A DNA stretch of 64,000 nt, taken from Asterias rubens (lineage: Eukaryota). The notes beneath the pieces were generated by a model. The model saw only the letters and a list, made by a program, of their open reading frames with translations. It was not told the DNA's origin and made no database searches. The stretch spans positions 2,976,001 through 3,040,000 of the forward strand of contig NC_047071.1 in NCBI RefSeq assembly GCF_902459465.1. Direction: 5' to 3'. Positions 19,867 to 33,534 of the stretch are shown here, piece by piece (the stretch's first letter is position 1; every line of letters starts with the position of its first letter). Both the position numbers and the translations under genes were made by a program.

Positions 19867-22800
19867 TGTCGGCTGACCGTGTGGTACTAGAGAGGAGCAC
19901 AGATACAAGCTTGACAGTTCATTTGTTTGGTAAGCTGATAATTTTACAGCGTTCCGGATCCATACAGTCCAGCAGAGCATGGAGCAATAAGGTTGACCTG
20001 AAAAAAAGTTGCCGATTGGTCCCAACTCAACCGTACACTGGCACGCCCACCCACAGTCCACACACCAACACAGAATGCTAAAAGTTGACAATCAATTTGA
20101 AGCTAAATACTTATTTCATTGTGTTGTCTGTTTTGTTACAGGTGCGACTGTGGTTTCATGGAAATGTAACGGATCTGAAATTTTATTTGTTAGGTAATTA
20201 TTTTATTTTGTTGCTATAAAAAGAAAGAACAAGACGCAGACAGAGTATTATATTATTAAATGAAATGCCACTTTCCCTTATTGACATTATTTCTGTTTTT
20301 CTTGGAAACGTTATTTATTATTGTGTTTTTTTGCAGCAAGAACTCTTTATTCAACAACAAGAAAGCCATCCGAGGAGGCATACCTGTGTGTTTCCGTAAG
20401 TTTCTTTAAGCACCCGTCAACAAGTTGATACATAAATGCTCTTGGGGGGTGGGGGGAGTGGGTAGACTAGAGACCCAGCCAAGGGCTTGCTCCCCCAAAT
20501 GGGAAGGGAAACTTGTTACCAAAAGGAGTGTTTGAACATTAGGCCATTAAAAGGAGAGGGGGTGGGGTTTTTTAGTTCACACCACCAAAACCAGAGACCA
20601 ATTATTTTGCTTATGCAAAAAAGTAGCTAAGCATATTGAGTACAATTTGTTACTGGCATCCTGCTAATCTCTGCTTTGCAGGAAAAAATGCTCAGCAATA
20701 TTCTCTGCAGTAAAAAATACGGTCTTAAAGGAATGTTCACAAAGTTCCCTTACAAGTTTATGAACAATTTGTCACCATGTTTACAGAAGTTATTTTAACT
20801 GTTTTTGTAAAAATCACAATTTCAGCTCAATTTGGACCATGGGACCTTGGACCTCAACACGGCTTTGCAAGAATTACAACATGGACCATGGAACAAGAAC
20901 CAAAAGTAAGAGACAACTTCTTGGAATCATTCAAACATTTTTAATGCTTATACCCATCATTGGTTTTCTTAGTAACAGCTGGAAGTAGCCCCGTAAATAG
21001 TGCTCAATAGGCTGGACAAAAGAAGCGGAGGAAGTCCAGCGTATTGGGCACTATTTGTGGAGCTAGGCAGGAAGGTGCTGGGGTTGTGCCTTTGGTGATA
21101 CAAGCACAGAATTTTGTACACAGGTCAGAGTATATATACTCTCTGACCTGTGTACAAAATTCTGTCATAAGTAGGCATGATATTTGTCCTACTTTAGTCT
21201 GATTAACAACTTATGCCTTTGGACAAATCAGAGAAATTGTAATTAGCCTGAAAAGTCTTTTAGAGCCTTGACCATGTGTGCACGTGGGTCAGTCCTTGTA
21301 CACAATGAAATGCTCCTCCTTTTTTCCCAAGGACCAAATATCACTCCTGCTAAAGATCTTTGGCTCAAGGGCCATAGCTTTTTTAAAGTCTGGTACTTAA
21401 TTTAACAGTGCAAGGCTACAAAAAAAGCATTTCCTGTGACAATACTGTTTTAGTTCTCATACTAATGCTTAAAAAATTTCTGCTGCAGACATTGAGTGGT
21501 GGTGATGTGTGTGCTGTGTTTACACTCAATGACAATGAGGAAACAAGAAAGATGTGGAACCATGGGTGAGTTATGTATGGACTCAACTTCACTGAGTTGT
21601 GTATTGTGGCCACTTTTAAAGACACTGGACACTATTGGTAATTGCCAAAGACTAGTCTTCACAGTTGGTGTATTTCAACATGCATAAAATAACAAACCTG
21701 TGAAAATTTGAGCTCAATCGGTCATCGAAGTTGCGAGATACAAATGAAAGAAAAAACACCCTTGTCACACGAAGTTGTGTGCTTTCAGATGCTTGATTTC
21801 GAGACCTCAAATTCTAAATCTAAAGTCTCGAAATCAAATTCGTGGAGAATTACTTCTTCCTTGAAAACTACATTACTTCAGAGGGAGCCATTTCTTACAT
21901 TTTTTTTTCTACTATCAACCTCTCCCCATTACTCATTTATACCAAGAAAGGTTTTATGCTAATAACTATTTTGAGTAATTACAAAATAGTGCCCACTGCC
22001 TTTAAAGTAGGTGTTCCATAAAAATATGAACTTCAGTCATTATAGCTCTTCTTTCTTTTGAATTCAGGTTCAAGGTGACTTACACCCTAACACTGAAGGA
22101 AACAGAGTTTGTCAGTGATTTTGTTGTGAACAACACAGGTAACTATATCACACATTCTATTTTGTGCATCACTGTGGAGACATTTTGTTTTGTCCTTTGT
22201 CTCTGTATTAACAACCTCTCGTAGACCCAATTCCTTGTGGAGCGCCCAAGTCTTTAGAATTCCCTTATGGAGGCCTTTTGGGTTTCCCTTTTCTTTTTTG
22301 TTCTCGGTCTTCATAGTACACTTTTTTATTTAAATTTATCTTTTTTTTCATAAACAATCTTTATTCTATATTCGAGTAAAAGTTTGTCTAGATTCTTTTT
22401 TTAAGTATGTCAAAAACAAGATTTCTTTCAACTACTTTCATTTGAATTTGACTGAGTTAAAGCCCGGTTCATACTTCCTGCGAATGCGAATGCGATACGA
22501 ATGTAGACGTCACAAATTCGCAACGAAAAATTCGCAGCAGTTCAACTCTGCTCAACTCACTTGCGAATATCGCTGTGAAAGGAGGGTTGTGTTGTCAAAT
22601 TCCGTCAAATTCGCTTTGCATTCGCATTCGCAGGAAGTATGAACCGGGCTTTATGATTTTTGTTTTATCATTTTGATCCCATTAGGTGAAGACCCATTTA
22701 GTTTCACAGCCTTGTTACATACCTATCTCAGTGTTAGTGATGTCACAAAGACAACTGTCAGTGGTCTGAAGGGACTCAAGTATGTTGATAAGGTAAGGAA

Positions 22801-24618
22801 ACAAAAACACTTTGGTTTCTACAGCTTTTGTTTCCTTTCGCACAATGTTTATTGTTGCAGTTTTTAAGCAGAATTTGAAACTTTGCATGGTGGAAGTAAA
22901 TCTCTTTTGAGTAGTGATGATCGGTATGCTCTGATGGTCTTCAGGAGAAAGAAAATCAGAGAATACTAAATAATATCGAAGTCTTATATAGCGCACGTAT
23001 CTACCAAACAAAGTACTCAAGGCGCTGAGTATATACAAACTTTCAGAAAGATAGGTTATTACAGTGATGAATTCTGAGACCCAATTTTTTAGCATTTTAT
23101 AAGGGTTTACAAGGTGCTATGGCACATACAGCAGCCACAGCCAGGAACACCGGGGCGAACCCTTCTCTTTTCGATTCTTTTACATGAGTTATACAACACA
23201 TGGGACCAACGGCTTCACGTCCCATCCGAAGGACGAAGCAATTGATAAGTGTCTTGCTTAAGAACACAAGTGTCATGACTGGGGGATTCGAACCCACAAT
23301 CTGCTGATCAGAAATACCAGAGTTTGAATTTGGTGCTCATAACCGACACGACACTTCTACTAGAGAAAAACAATCAGTTGTCAACCACTGGTTCTTTTCA
23401 GAACCAACACTACTCAACAGAGATTTACAGATGGTGCTACCCCAAATCCTAACCAGATTGTTGCAGTTTTGTTAATTTTATTTGTTTTCTCATCTGTGAA
23501 GGTGAGGGATGGACAGACTTTCACTGAAGATAGAGAGTTGGTCAGCTTGTCAGAGAATTACGATAGGTGAGTTATGCAGAACCATAGGGGTTTGGGAGGG
23601 ATGAATGCCTGCCTAGAAAATTTACCAAAATTCCACATTCGATTTTGCACTGGATCTGTGGCAACCCAGCCCACAGTATAATTTTGTGTCCCCAAAATCA
23701 CCCAAGTGCGTAAACACCTGCAACACCCTTGCATGTCACGCTCAAAAAGCACCCACACTGGGGTCAAAAGACCCACACTGGGGTAAAAGAAGGCAAATGA
23801 TTGGACAATAGCTGTTCTTTGTGTTAGAAATCTTGCGCTTCAGTGTAGCGTTTCACATTATGCAAGGGGTCTATTGGTGACCTCCTACTGTTTCTCTTTT
23901 GTTTGTACTCTTGACTTTTTGGCAATAGCTCCCATTGGTTTTGTACACACTTTCAAACTGGGGACCTTCACAAAACCAGGGACCCTAAGAGAGTTGAGAT
24001 GATTTAAGGAATGAAATTTAAGAAGGCCCTGTGACCGGAGTAATTTTGTGTCATGAGTGTTGAAAATGGCAGACACCTTCAGTATAAGTGTCCATTGTTA
24101 TTTAAAAACTCTGTTTTAATTTTGTATATTTTTTCAGGGTGTACATGGACACTCCATCAGGTCACATTGTCCACAATGTCACTACGGGTAAAACTGTCAT
24201 CATAAAGAAAACCAATTTGCCAGACACTGGTAAGCAATTTCTACCCATTCAGTTCAGTTCAGTTCAGTGTAATGTCTAACAAAACTAAAGCTAAAATGGT
24301 TGGACAGAGATACCCGCTCGTTTCCGAAGAGGGCAATAGCAGTTTGCATCTCGAGGAGTAGTATTTTGGTTCTCCATAAACTGACGTGTGATATACTCGA
24401 GTCAACAAAACTGACCATGTTCACAACTTCTGATTGCTTTGCTTGATTTGTTTCTAGTTGTTTGGAACCCATGGGAGGAGAAAGCCAAGGCAATGGGGGA
24501 CTTTGGGGACGATGAATACCCCAAGATGCTGTGTGTTGAAGCCGGTCATGTGTCATCCCCTGTGACCCTTGACCCCGGAGCATCATTCATCGCGGGTCAA
24601 GTCATCGTTGCAAAATGA
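19866..24618 (+). CDS. Glucose-6-phosphate 1-epimerase (D-hexose-6-phosphate mutarotase, aldose 1-epimerase family), 275 aa
   Basis: Ten GT-AG exons with consistent phases (19866-19929, 20142-20193, 20337-20395, 20826-20905, 21489-21565, 22068-22138, 22686-22792, 23502-23566, 24138-24229, 24458-24618; 828 nt in total). They give the motifs FGATVVSWK, KAIRGGIPVCFPQFG, QHGFAR, FTALLHTY, VVWNPW and MLCVE. Confidence 0.93.
21620..22001. mobile_element. TTAA-TSD MITE, Kolobok-like (family B)
   Basis: TIR AG(A/G)CA(C/G)TGGACACTATTGGTAATT with TTAA flanks. It shares internal sequence with 26555-26911 and 48453-48815. Confidence 0.85.
22463..22651. mobile_element. MITE with long TIR AAGCCCGGTTCATACTTCCTGCGAATGCG
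   Basis: Perfect terminal inverted repeats flanked by TA on both sides. Boundaries are accurate to within a few bp. Confidence 0.8.
22975..23350 (-). mobile_element. tRNA-derived SINE with Deu-like central domain and LINE-like tail
   Basis: Minus strand reads tRNA head (GGTTCGAATCCC B box), GACACTTGTGTTCTTAAGCAAGACAC, GGATGGGACGTGAAGCCGTTGGTCCC...AAGAGAAGGGTT..CCCCGGTGTTCCTGG, then a CAGCGCCTTGAGTAC...GCGCTATATAAG tail. Further pieces lie at about 8551-8700 (plus) and 49545-49725. The Deu assignment is from memory of the consensus. Confidence 0.7.
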
Positions 24619-25120
24619 CTACGCCTACCAGCGAACAAAATCATGCACCGTCTATGAAATTGTTTAAGTGTATCATGTACACTTCCTGAATCTTATTATG
24701 GGTACAATATTAGTAAAAAAGATTTTCTATTTTTCTATTTAAGAAAATGTTTCAGATTATTAAGAGAATATTTACAATCTTATTTGAGTTGGGTTTATAA
24801 TGAAATGTTAAACATTTCATGAGATGTTTAGAGTACCTTCCATATAACTTTCCTGTCACAATGCTTTACGGGTAACCAAGGGTTAACCTTTACTTTTCCA
24901 CGATAAGTTTTCTGGGTTCTTTTACTTGCACTAGCAATCCTAGTTTATAGGACCTAGGCTTCATCCCCATCTGCAGGGCAAAGCAATAATGGTAAAGTAT
25001 CTTGCTCAAGGACACAAGTGCAACAACTGGCTCTTGAACCCATACTCAGATGATGATCGGAAACACCGGAGCTTTTTACTCTGAAATATTTAGTGCAGAA
25101 AATCAATTCTGCAGGAATTC

Positions 25121-25288
25121 AATAGACCGATCCAGTAGGCTCCGCCCACGTCGCACGTGTGAGCAAGAACACGTGGGGCTCTCCAATGCCAAGATACGCG
25201 CACACATGTCGGACCTTATTTGTCGGACCTTCGTTGCGTTGTGATTGGTCAATACGCAATGGGGCGGAGCTTAGTGGATCGGTCAATT
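25121..25288. mobile_element. MITE with TIR AATAGACCGATCCA..AGGCTCCGCCC
   Basis: Imperfect inverted termini of about 27 bp. Confidence 0.65.
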
Positions 25289-26199
25289 ATATCAAGCTGC
25301 TTTGAGGAGGAATAACCACAGGGCCCAATTTCATAACTCTGCTTAGCGGCCGTTTTTATGCTTACTGTGCGATTTCAATTTCATAGCGCGGCAAACCATA
25401 AGCACAAGAAAGGCATACTAACCTTCCGGTGCTTACCGCACAAAAAAATACGACGTCACAATGCAAATCCATGGTAAACGCGCAATATGGCCGCCCAGTT
25501 CTTCTGCTAACCTGTGAAATACGCTTGCACCTTAGCAATTTTTTCTGCTACAGTAAGCATGAAAATTTTCTTAAGGTTAAGCAGGGCTATGAAATTGGCC
25601 TTTGGTCTGTAACAGGCACATCTGTGGTACACAAAGCTTAAGTTTCTCAGTTGTTTAAACTTCTTGTCACTTCATATTGACTTAAATTGTGTAATTTTCT
25701 TGAATAATTGGGAGACATAATTATTACATGCACTCCACATGGATCTGGTCAACAAAGCCTCAAGGGGCTAACAATTGGTCTGTGTGAAAATCATAGAGTA
25801 TCAAATTGAAATGTAAATGTCCTTATTTTTTAGTTTGGCACAGTATAAATTGTTGTTAAAATAATGTTGCAATCTTCAAGTATTTGAAATGTCAAATTGA
25901 AAAGTACTTAATGTCCTTATTTTCTACCCTAGCCAAGTTGTATACATTTATATTGAAGTTGTGGTCACAAAAGAGAATTTCAAATAAATCTTCTATGGAT
26001 ACATTGCAATATAAATATCTTTGACACTGACTTTTCTTGGAGGTTCGAGTTGGATAATCCGTCTCCGCTCCACTACCTTTTTTTTCAAAGCACAGATGGT
26101 TGGATTATGCATAAGGGTTATTACTAACATAACAAAATATAACAATTACAATTGTCGAGTCACTTTTCCAACAAGATCATAGCCCTAAAAAGTAATTAA

Positions 26200-26440
26200 C
26201 ATGGGAAAAGGTGAATCTTTAGAGCTTTACGGAATATAGATGAAGTAACAGATTCCCTAATGAAAGTTGGAAGATTGTTCCAAATCATTGGCCCAGCTTC
26301 ACTGAAAGCTTGTTGACCTAGAACTTTGTTTGCTCGGGGAACATTCAAGCGAGTGATGTCAAGTGTGGACTGAAGAAATCGTGGAGGAGTGTAATGTTAC
26401 AGTCAAGTAGAAATATAGCGAGGAGTAGTTTTGTTCAAGC
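26200..26440 (-). mobile_element. L2/CR1 LINE ORF2 3' fragment (another at about 31700-31870)
   Basis: Translation with stops: TPRYIST*L*HYTPPRFLQST...VPR...GQQAFSEAGPMIWNNLPTFIRES...FRKALKIHLF, typical of the L2-clade C-terminus. Confidence 0.75.
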
Positions 26441-26554
26441 TCTTTTAAAAAGAGCAAGAGCAATCTTATCATTTACAGCAACAAGTACATCGCAAGTACC
26501 CATTCACTCAATCCTGGGTGATGAGAAGCAAGTGTAGTTCCAAGTGTCTTTTAA

Positions 26555-26911
26555 AGATACTGGACACTTTTGGTAAATGTCAAAGACTAGCCTTCACACT
26601 TGGTGTATCTCAACATATAACAGACCTGTGAAAATTTAAGCTCAAACGGTCGTCGAAGTTGCGAGATAATAATGAAAGAAAAAAACACCCTTGCACACGC
26701 AGTTGAGCGCTTTCAGATGTTGATTTCGAGACATCCAATTTTAAATCTGAGGTCGCGAAATCAAATTTGTGGAAAATAACTTCTTTTATCAAATACTACA
26801 TTACTTCAGAGGGAGCCGTTTCTCACAATGTTTTATACTATCAACCTCGTTACCAAGAAAGGTTTTATGCTAATAATTATTTTGAGTAATTACCAATAGT
26901 GTCCACTGATT
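26555..26911. mobile_element. TTAA-TSD MITE family B nested in a SINE
   Basis: TTAA at 26551-26554 and 26912-26915. It interrupts the AAGTGTCTT...GGACACAAGTG SINE motif. Confidence 0.8.
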
Positions 26912-29458
26912 TTAACAAGGGACACAAGTGTTTCGACAGGGATTCAAACCCATTTTCTAATAAGTCGGCCATCAGAGCTCGAGTCTGCTGCGCTAGAACT
27001 CTTGGCCATGACATGCAACTTTAAACTGAAGTCCTTACACCTAAAAGGATGTTAGCTTATTCCTGTAAAAATCACATGTTAACTTTGCATCTTTAATCTA
27101 CCACTAAATACAACAAGAAAGAAATAAACCAATCACTCGATGATTCTTCACTAAATTGCCATAACTTTTGACTTTTATAACAGGACATTAGTAACAATTT
27201 AGCTTTATCTTTAGTTTATAAACTTTCTTTTTTACGACTATCGTCATTATTTCTTTTAGTTTGTCTTTTTCTCTTTCCATATACAGGTATTAATTAAATA
27301 CAATAGCGCAATTTATATAAAGCAAAGAAAATGCAAATACACTTGCTACAAAGGTAAACCACTGATAAATGAGTTGAAAATTTCTACCAAAGAAAACAGT
27401 TTCAGAGTCCTGTAAGATCACGGCCCCAATTTCAAGGCTCTGCTTACCGTAAGCAAATAATCATCGCTTAAAAAAGCAGAGAATTCCCTGCTTACATCAA
27501 ACATATTTCACGGGTTAGAAGGGAATTTTTGCTTGTGCACATGTGTACTAGGCGTTCTTCGCATGTTTCTTTATTTTAATTTTTTTAAGTAAAAGTTCAG
27601 CTTACACAACTGGCGCAGAAATTCGGCGCTTGCACAGTAAGCAGAGAATGGTGATCATAAGAGCAGACTTCGGTGGTAAGCAGAACCTTGAAATTGGGCC
27701 CAGTAGTCAGCATTTTAAGTTGATTCCTTTGTAGCAGAAATAACACATGCATGACATAAGTTGTCGTAACTCTTAAGTGAATGTAAGTGAGCTTGTACCG
27801 TATACCTTGACATTACCTAAACTGCACTACAATGGCACAGGGTTCAACAAGAATGTTCTCACTTGTAAAAAAGATACACCGTGTGCAAATGATAAGTAGG
27901 CCAAAAAGACAACGACCTTTGATACTTTCTTTGAAAAGCTGATCTTTGGTTTTTAACTTTTGTGTTGGGTTACATTTTGTTCCGAGTTTTAATTCTAGTC
28001 TTTACACTGGAGAGAAAAATAATAATACAAAAACTAAGCAAGTCCAGGTGCAAAAAGGTGTAGATATATGGACAAGTTTGGTCTCTAAGAAACCTCTTTT
28101 AGAGGAAGTTTTCTAATTCTGAGTATCAATGTTTTTAAACAGAAGTATCAACAGCAAGCAATTTATCACACATAAAAAATAACTATTTAACTGTCAATCT
28201 CACAAGAAAGAGAGTCCTTTACAACTTGACACCAGGACTTAGTTTCATAAAGCTGCCAGAACACAAAAGGTAGAACAGCAACAAAATGATGCTTATCGGT
28301 AAAGGTTACCAGCCAATTTCTCATCCCATGTGTACAATTTGTGATTGGTACCCTGCTGATTTCTGCTAAGCAGACAATTGCTAAGCAACTTTTCTGCTTC
28401 AGCAGCTCTATGATATTGTGCCCTGATCATGTCTTACTTACGCATGATTTTTCTCAAACTGAATTACGGTGGAAATTTATATACGTTTCGGAACAGTTTC
28501 TGAATGTCCTCTTTTTGGGGGGTTGGACAACTTGGTCGAAGAATGTTAACATCAAAGCACATGTCCTTCCAAATATTGTTTGAAGCTTTGCATGGTGTGG
28601 AGAAATAAGAAGAAACTATAAATTAATAGTAACCTTGCGGGTACAACTATGTGTAAGTCTCTTTTGAGTGAGTGTTGGCTCTGAAAAGAGCCGGTTTGGT
28701 CTCGATATTTTTTAACAGTATACTCTGCTCGTCTTCTACATGTCCTTCTATTGTGTTGTAGCACTAAGAGGGTTCATCATTGTATACCACATACGGGAGG
28801 CACGTCAGAGACTCCTGCATGCCATGGCTAAATATTGGCTGTAAATATGTGTCTTACTGCTCCGGTTTGGCCGATGTACGGTGAACACATTCCATATTTT
28901 TCTCAAAAGAGAACAACAAAATCTGTATACATCTTATGAGAACGTTTATTGTCTTTACTTTGTTTAAATGACGGTCTCCTTGTGACAACAATTTTCTCAT
29001 AAAGAATTCTGAAAAAATAAAACTACAGACAGGCATGGCATTTTCCTTTATACTGTCGTGAAGTGGTTAAATCTATTTTAAATGACCAAATGAGACAATT
29101 TTGCAAACAACTTGTAATATCTCTAAAAACAAGTCAAAGATACTAACATAAAGCCCTCATTTGTGTGATCGAACTACAATTAATACCTAATCTCTGTGAA
29201 AATAATGACTTGTTGTTACAACTCATGGAACTCACTGACAAACACGCAAACATGTACCAAGTGCAAGGAACACTAGTTTTAAATCTATCTTTTACAAAGC
29301 AGATATTTTTTTGTCTCTCTTTTAAAATGTACATAATGTGCTGTGTACATTAGTGCTTGCTATATCATACATATATGTAATACTCAGACCAAACTTTTCA
29401 TATGTCATTAGTTTTTGTCTTTTGTTTACAACCGACCATTAAATTGTGGTATTTTATG

Positions 29459-32400
29459 TCATGTGTAGAAAATGACCTCCGGTATTTGTCCGTCCTCCAC
29501 AGACGTACCGTTGTTGTTGCCAGATGCATATGTGAATTGAAACACTACTTTACCATTGGATACAGACTCGTGTACCACCTTCCTCATGCCCTTAGTGCCA
29601 TAGTGGGAGTCTGGCCCCTGTGAAGGTAGAAAAACAAAACGAAGACAAAATTACCGAACGAACTTCATAGACTCGTAAAGTCTGCTTGCCTTAGAATAAT
29701 ACCTAATTCTCGTACAGCGCATTTCACAATAACGTCTCAATGCGTTTTACATTGGTGCCCTGGTCATTGGGCCAATCTTTTTCAGCTCCCTGGGGATTAC
29801 ACAACCCTGAGCTGCTGTGGCGCTCCAGTGCCTTTTCCATACTCAATATCAACCTCTATCTTCGCAGGTACCCATTTTTACCCCTAGGTGAAGAGGAGCA
29901 GTGGTAGTAAAGCATCTTGCTCAAGAACAAAAGTGTCATGACTTTCGAAGCAACAACTACTCTCTGATCCAAGTACAGTAGTTGTGCATTTTTTATGTAA
30001 TTAGTTATTCTTTTACTTAAGGTGCTTCTACAACCCCTGTTTATACTTCAGAAAAATGACAAAACTCCTGCTAGACTTACCTTCAAGGTTGCACTAGCAA
30101 TGTAACTGATCGAAGGCTGTACTTCGATCGGCTCTTTGAACATAACCCTGAAGGTAGACTCTGAACCATCACAGCTGAATCCGGTATCGTTCTGCCCGAG
30201 AATGACGTCAGTATCGCCATGAATTATCTGTGAGGTGAAATAGTGGATGGTCAATTACTCAACTTAAAAATTCAATTCAATATTTATTGTCAATAAAATG
30301 GAAATTTTCTTGTCAAACATGATCATAACAGTACAAATTGGTTTTTCTTTAATTACAGAACAACAAATTATACTGAGGTAAAACAATATTTACACTATGA
30401 CACTTAAAACTGTACATGCATTTACATAAGCGTATATAAAAGAAATTACTTCATCAAAGACAACAAGAAAGAACAAGAGAAAAAGTTACCGGCTGTCATT
30501 TAAAATACGAATACAATGTGGTAGAAAATAGTTGAAATATCTATTGGTTCTGCACATCAGACTTCCAGGCACAGCAGGCATGGAAATTAATCTTTGGGAG
30601 GGCAAGGAGATTTTCATTGAGCAAAGGGCTCATCCATTGGAAATTCTTTAAGTCTGTGAGAAACTTTTAAAGGGGGGCATCAAGGCCAGGACTACGGGGC
30701 AACAGAAGCAATGGCATCTGTGGCCTCTCTGAAATTCCAGGCCTGCACACAATGGCTGCAAATTCTGACCTACTTCCAACTCGACCAAAAAGGTCAAAGT
30801 AAAAATCATGACCTGAAATGACTTTTTCCAATGTTCCCTTGTTTTAAAATAGTATCTCAAAACAAAACCAAATTTTAGTTTCATTATTTATTCATATATT
30901 ATATATAAAATTTGTTTTCATAAAAAAATCAACACCATGTTTGGTATATGGTGATGTTTATACAGAACCCAATGGCCTCGAAAGGGTTTATCTTCTCTAT
31001 TTAATCTTTGAGTTTTAAAGTAAAGAACACACTTTACATGTGTTTATCTGACATGACATTTGTCATTGTCACTACAGCTGATAATTCTGTACATGTCTAG
31101 GTGAATATGGGGCCTGTGATATTTATGTATCCAAAAGGGATTTATTTATTTAGGAATAATATGAAGTAAGGACTTTAGATAAATACATAGACAGGCTTGA
31201 CTTGAACTTTGCCCATCAAAATAATCAGGGTGCGCTCACTGACTTTGTTCAGACTGTGGGAGTGTGCACGTATTGCATCATGTGTATTCAACAACATTTA
31301 TTTCCATTTCACAAAAATTATTACAAAGTAAAGATTGGGACCCAACAAAATGCCCCAGTTTGTTTCCTTCATGTGTTAAAGCAATGTATGTGGGAGCAAA
31401 GTGGTCGCAAAACAAATGTTCAAATGCGTACGAGACAAAATAAATCACAAGTAAAATCCGAGTGTATTCAGATTGATCAAGTTTTGTTTAAAGCACTCTC
31501 ATTCTCTGAAGTTATAAAATAAAAAGTTATTGTTTATCAAAGTCTCTCTCTGAACTGATCAGAAGATAGCAAAAATAAAAATAAACAATTAGTAAAAAGA
31601 ATTTTTTAAATATTATAATAATTAATAAACGGCATTTATATTGTGCTCTACAAAGAACACAGCGCCTCACAAAGAACAACAGAATTAAATCCAAAGAAAT
31701 TAAGAAAAATTTTAAGCTGGGAAAGGGGCGAAATTTGAGTTAGCACTGGAATGTCGCAGTAGATGCCCCTTCCCTGATAGCACTCGGCAGCTTGTTCCAT
31801 AATTTAGGGGCAACACAAAATAATGGACAGTCACAAGCCTTCCTTTTGGAGCTCAGTGACATCAGAAGAGAGTGACATCATAAACAGATCAACACTGGAA
31901 CAATAACATTCCAGATTATAACAGCATCGTTGGAATGCAAAGAGAATTTGTAAAGGACTTTACCTGAATATTGACTGCATAATCTGCTGGGCCGTGAATG
32001 GAGCCGTACAAACCAAACCCAACCACAAAAATACGTCTGTTTACCTGAAATCTAAATGATGGATTTAAGGAAACGAGATAGTATCCATTAATACATGTAC
32101 TCAAAACAAAACACACTTATTCTTGCTTGCTTTCCAACATCTTGACAAAACTTGACCGGCGCCTTTGAATGTTTCTCCTTTTCAGTAAAGTGCGCCTTAT
32201 AAATGCTGTAGTTTATTATTATTATTATTATTACTCTTTTATTCCCTTTAAACACAAACACATTATGTATACACTTGGTTTAAATAGCATTCTCGTTGAA
32301 AGTGCTTTCGCTCAAGTAGCTGTATAAAATAAGACGTTTCTTACCTAATCCTGTCGCTAGTGCCACTATACCCCCATCTACTCTCAGCCTGTGCGAATCG

Positions 32401-33534
32401 ATTCACAGTCTGCTCCTTCCCTGTCAAACAGCATCTTGGGTTGGAAGGAAACTCGGTGGAGGGTTTAGGGTTGACGGTAAAATGAAGGAACAAGCTGACG
32501 ACTTCTCTATCTGTAAGAATTCCTGACTGGGCAGGACCGCTCGCAAACTCCTCCACAGTCATCAAGGGAAACCGAATCAACTTCAGTGCGTTCCCGAGTA
32601 CTTTGCGTTTGTTCTCAGAGGTGGCGGGGTACTGCTGTCTGATGGCTTCGTGCTCAGCCCACCGCGAGATTGCGCTGAACAATTTGCTCTCGCGTATACC
32701 GAGGGTGTCGCGCTCAAGGACAACGGTCAGTGTATCAAGGTCTATGTCAGTGAAGCCTTCGGCTGTGAGGCCCTCTGTGGTGTTCTTGTCGATGGTCTCC
32801 AGACAGAGGTTTGCAAGCTGTGGTTCGTCAAAGAGTCGCGCCTGTGTCAGGAGCATGAAGGCATTGTCCGCGCTCAGATTCTTCTTTAAGAATTCAACAC
32901 AGGCCGATTCGAGCGCTGGAACGGCGTATTTCTTGGCGGTGTACAGCGTGGTCATCACGCTCTCCGGGCCTATTTGTACCTCATCCGAGTACAAGAATCG
33001 CAGCAATGCGAGAAAAGCCGCCGGTTCAACGTCGGGGAGCTCTACCTCGTTTGATGTGGTTGCCATCCCTCCATTGAACATGGCATCGAAGACAGCACTC
33101 CCAACGGACAAAACAAACTTGTGGGCCGGGATCCGCTGAGTATTCATCCCTTTACCAACAAGGAAATGAACATCGCTGAGTATCTCATTGTTGAACATGA
33201 ATGCAAAGCGTTCTTTCACAGACGTCTTGCTTGACTGCCAGTTGTACTGGATGGCCTCTGCTCGTGGCCTGACTGTAGGTAGAGGAGCGACTGGAGGTTG
33301 AGAGGGGACAACTGCAGCGGATGCCCACTGCTGTAGGGGCTGCTGAGGCAGTTGCGGCAGCTGCTGTTGTTGGGGTTGCTGCTGCTGCGGTTGTTGTGGT
33401 TGCTGCTGCTGCTGCAGTTGTTGCTGCTGTTGTTGCTGTCGCTGTTGCAAGGGATGGTTACTTCCGTTTAATTGACCATTCACCTGACCATTAAACTGCC
33501 CGCTAAGATTCCGATGTGCACCAGCACCAGCCAT
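29459..33534 (-). CDS. BTBD2: BTB/POZ-BACK-PHR protein, BTBD1/BTBD2 orthologue, with N-terminal polyQ
   Basis: [28 protein letters not shown]...[19 protein letters not shown], a BACK domain and a PHR C-terminus ([19 protein letters not shown]). Exons: 33534-32345, 32051-31964, 30227-30081, 29617-29459. It is probably co-orthologous to BTBD1 and BTBD2, so the symbol choice is arbitrary. Confidence 0.93.
29700..29945 (-). mobile_element. tRNA-derived SINE with Meta-like core; relatives at about 2060-2680 (interrupted), 24870-25085, 26460-27015 (interrupted)
   Basis: Shared CAGCTCCCTGGGG...AGGTACCCATTT..ACCCC..GGTG.AGAG...TCTTGCTCAAG.ACA.AAGTG motifs. The domain name is tentative. Confidence 0.55.

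Noticed and set aside
32603-33139. 178-aa plus-strand ORF
   Set aside because: It is the antisense shadow of the BTBD1/2 exon. The same applies to 6978-7394 (HERC1), 41284-41664 (SLC27A) and 58621-58959 (RPS17).
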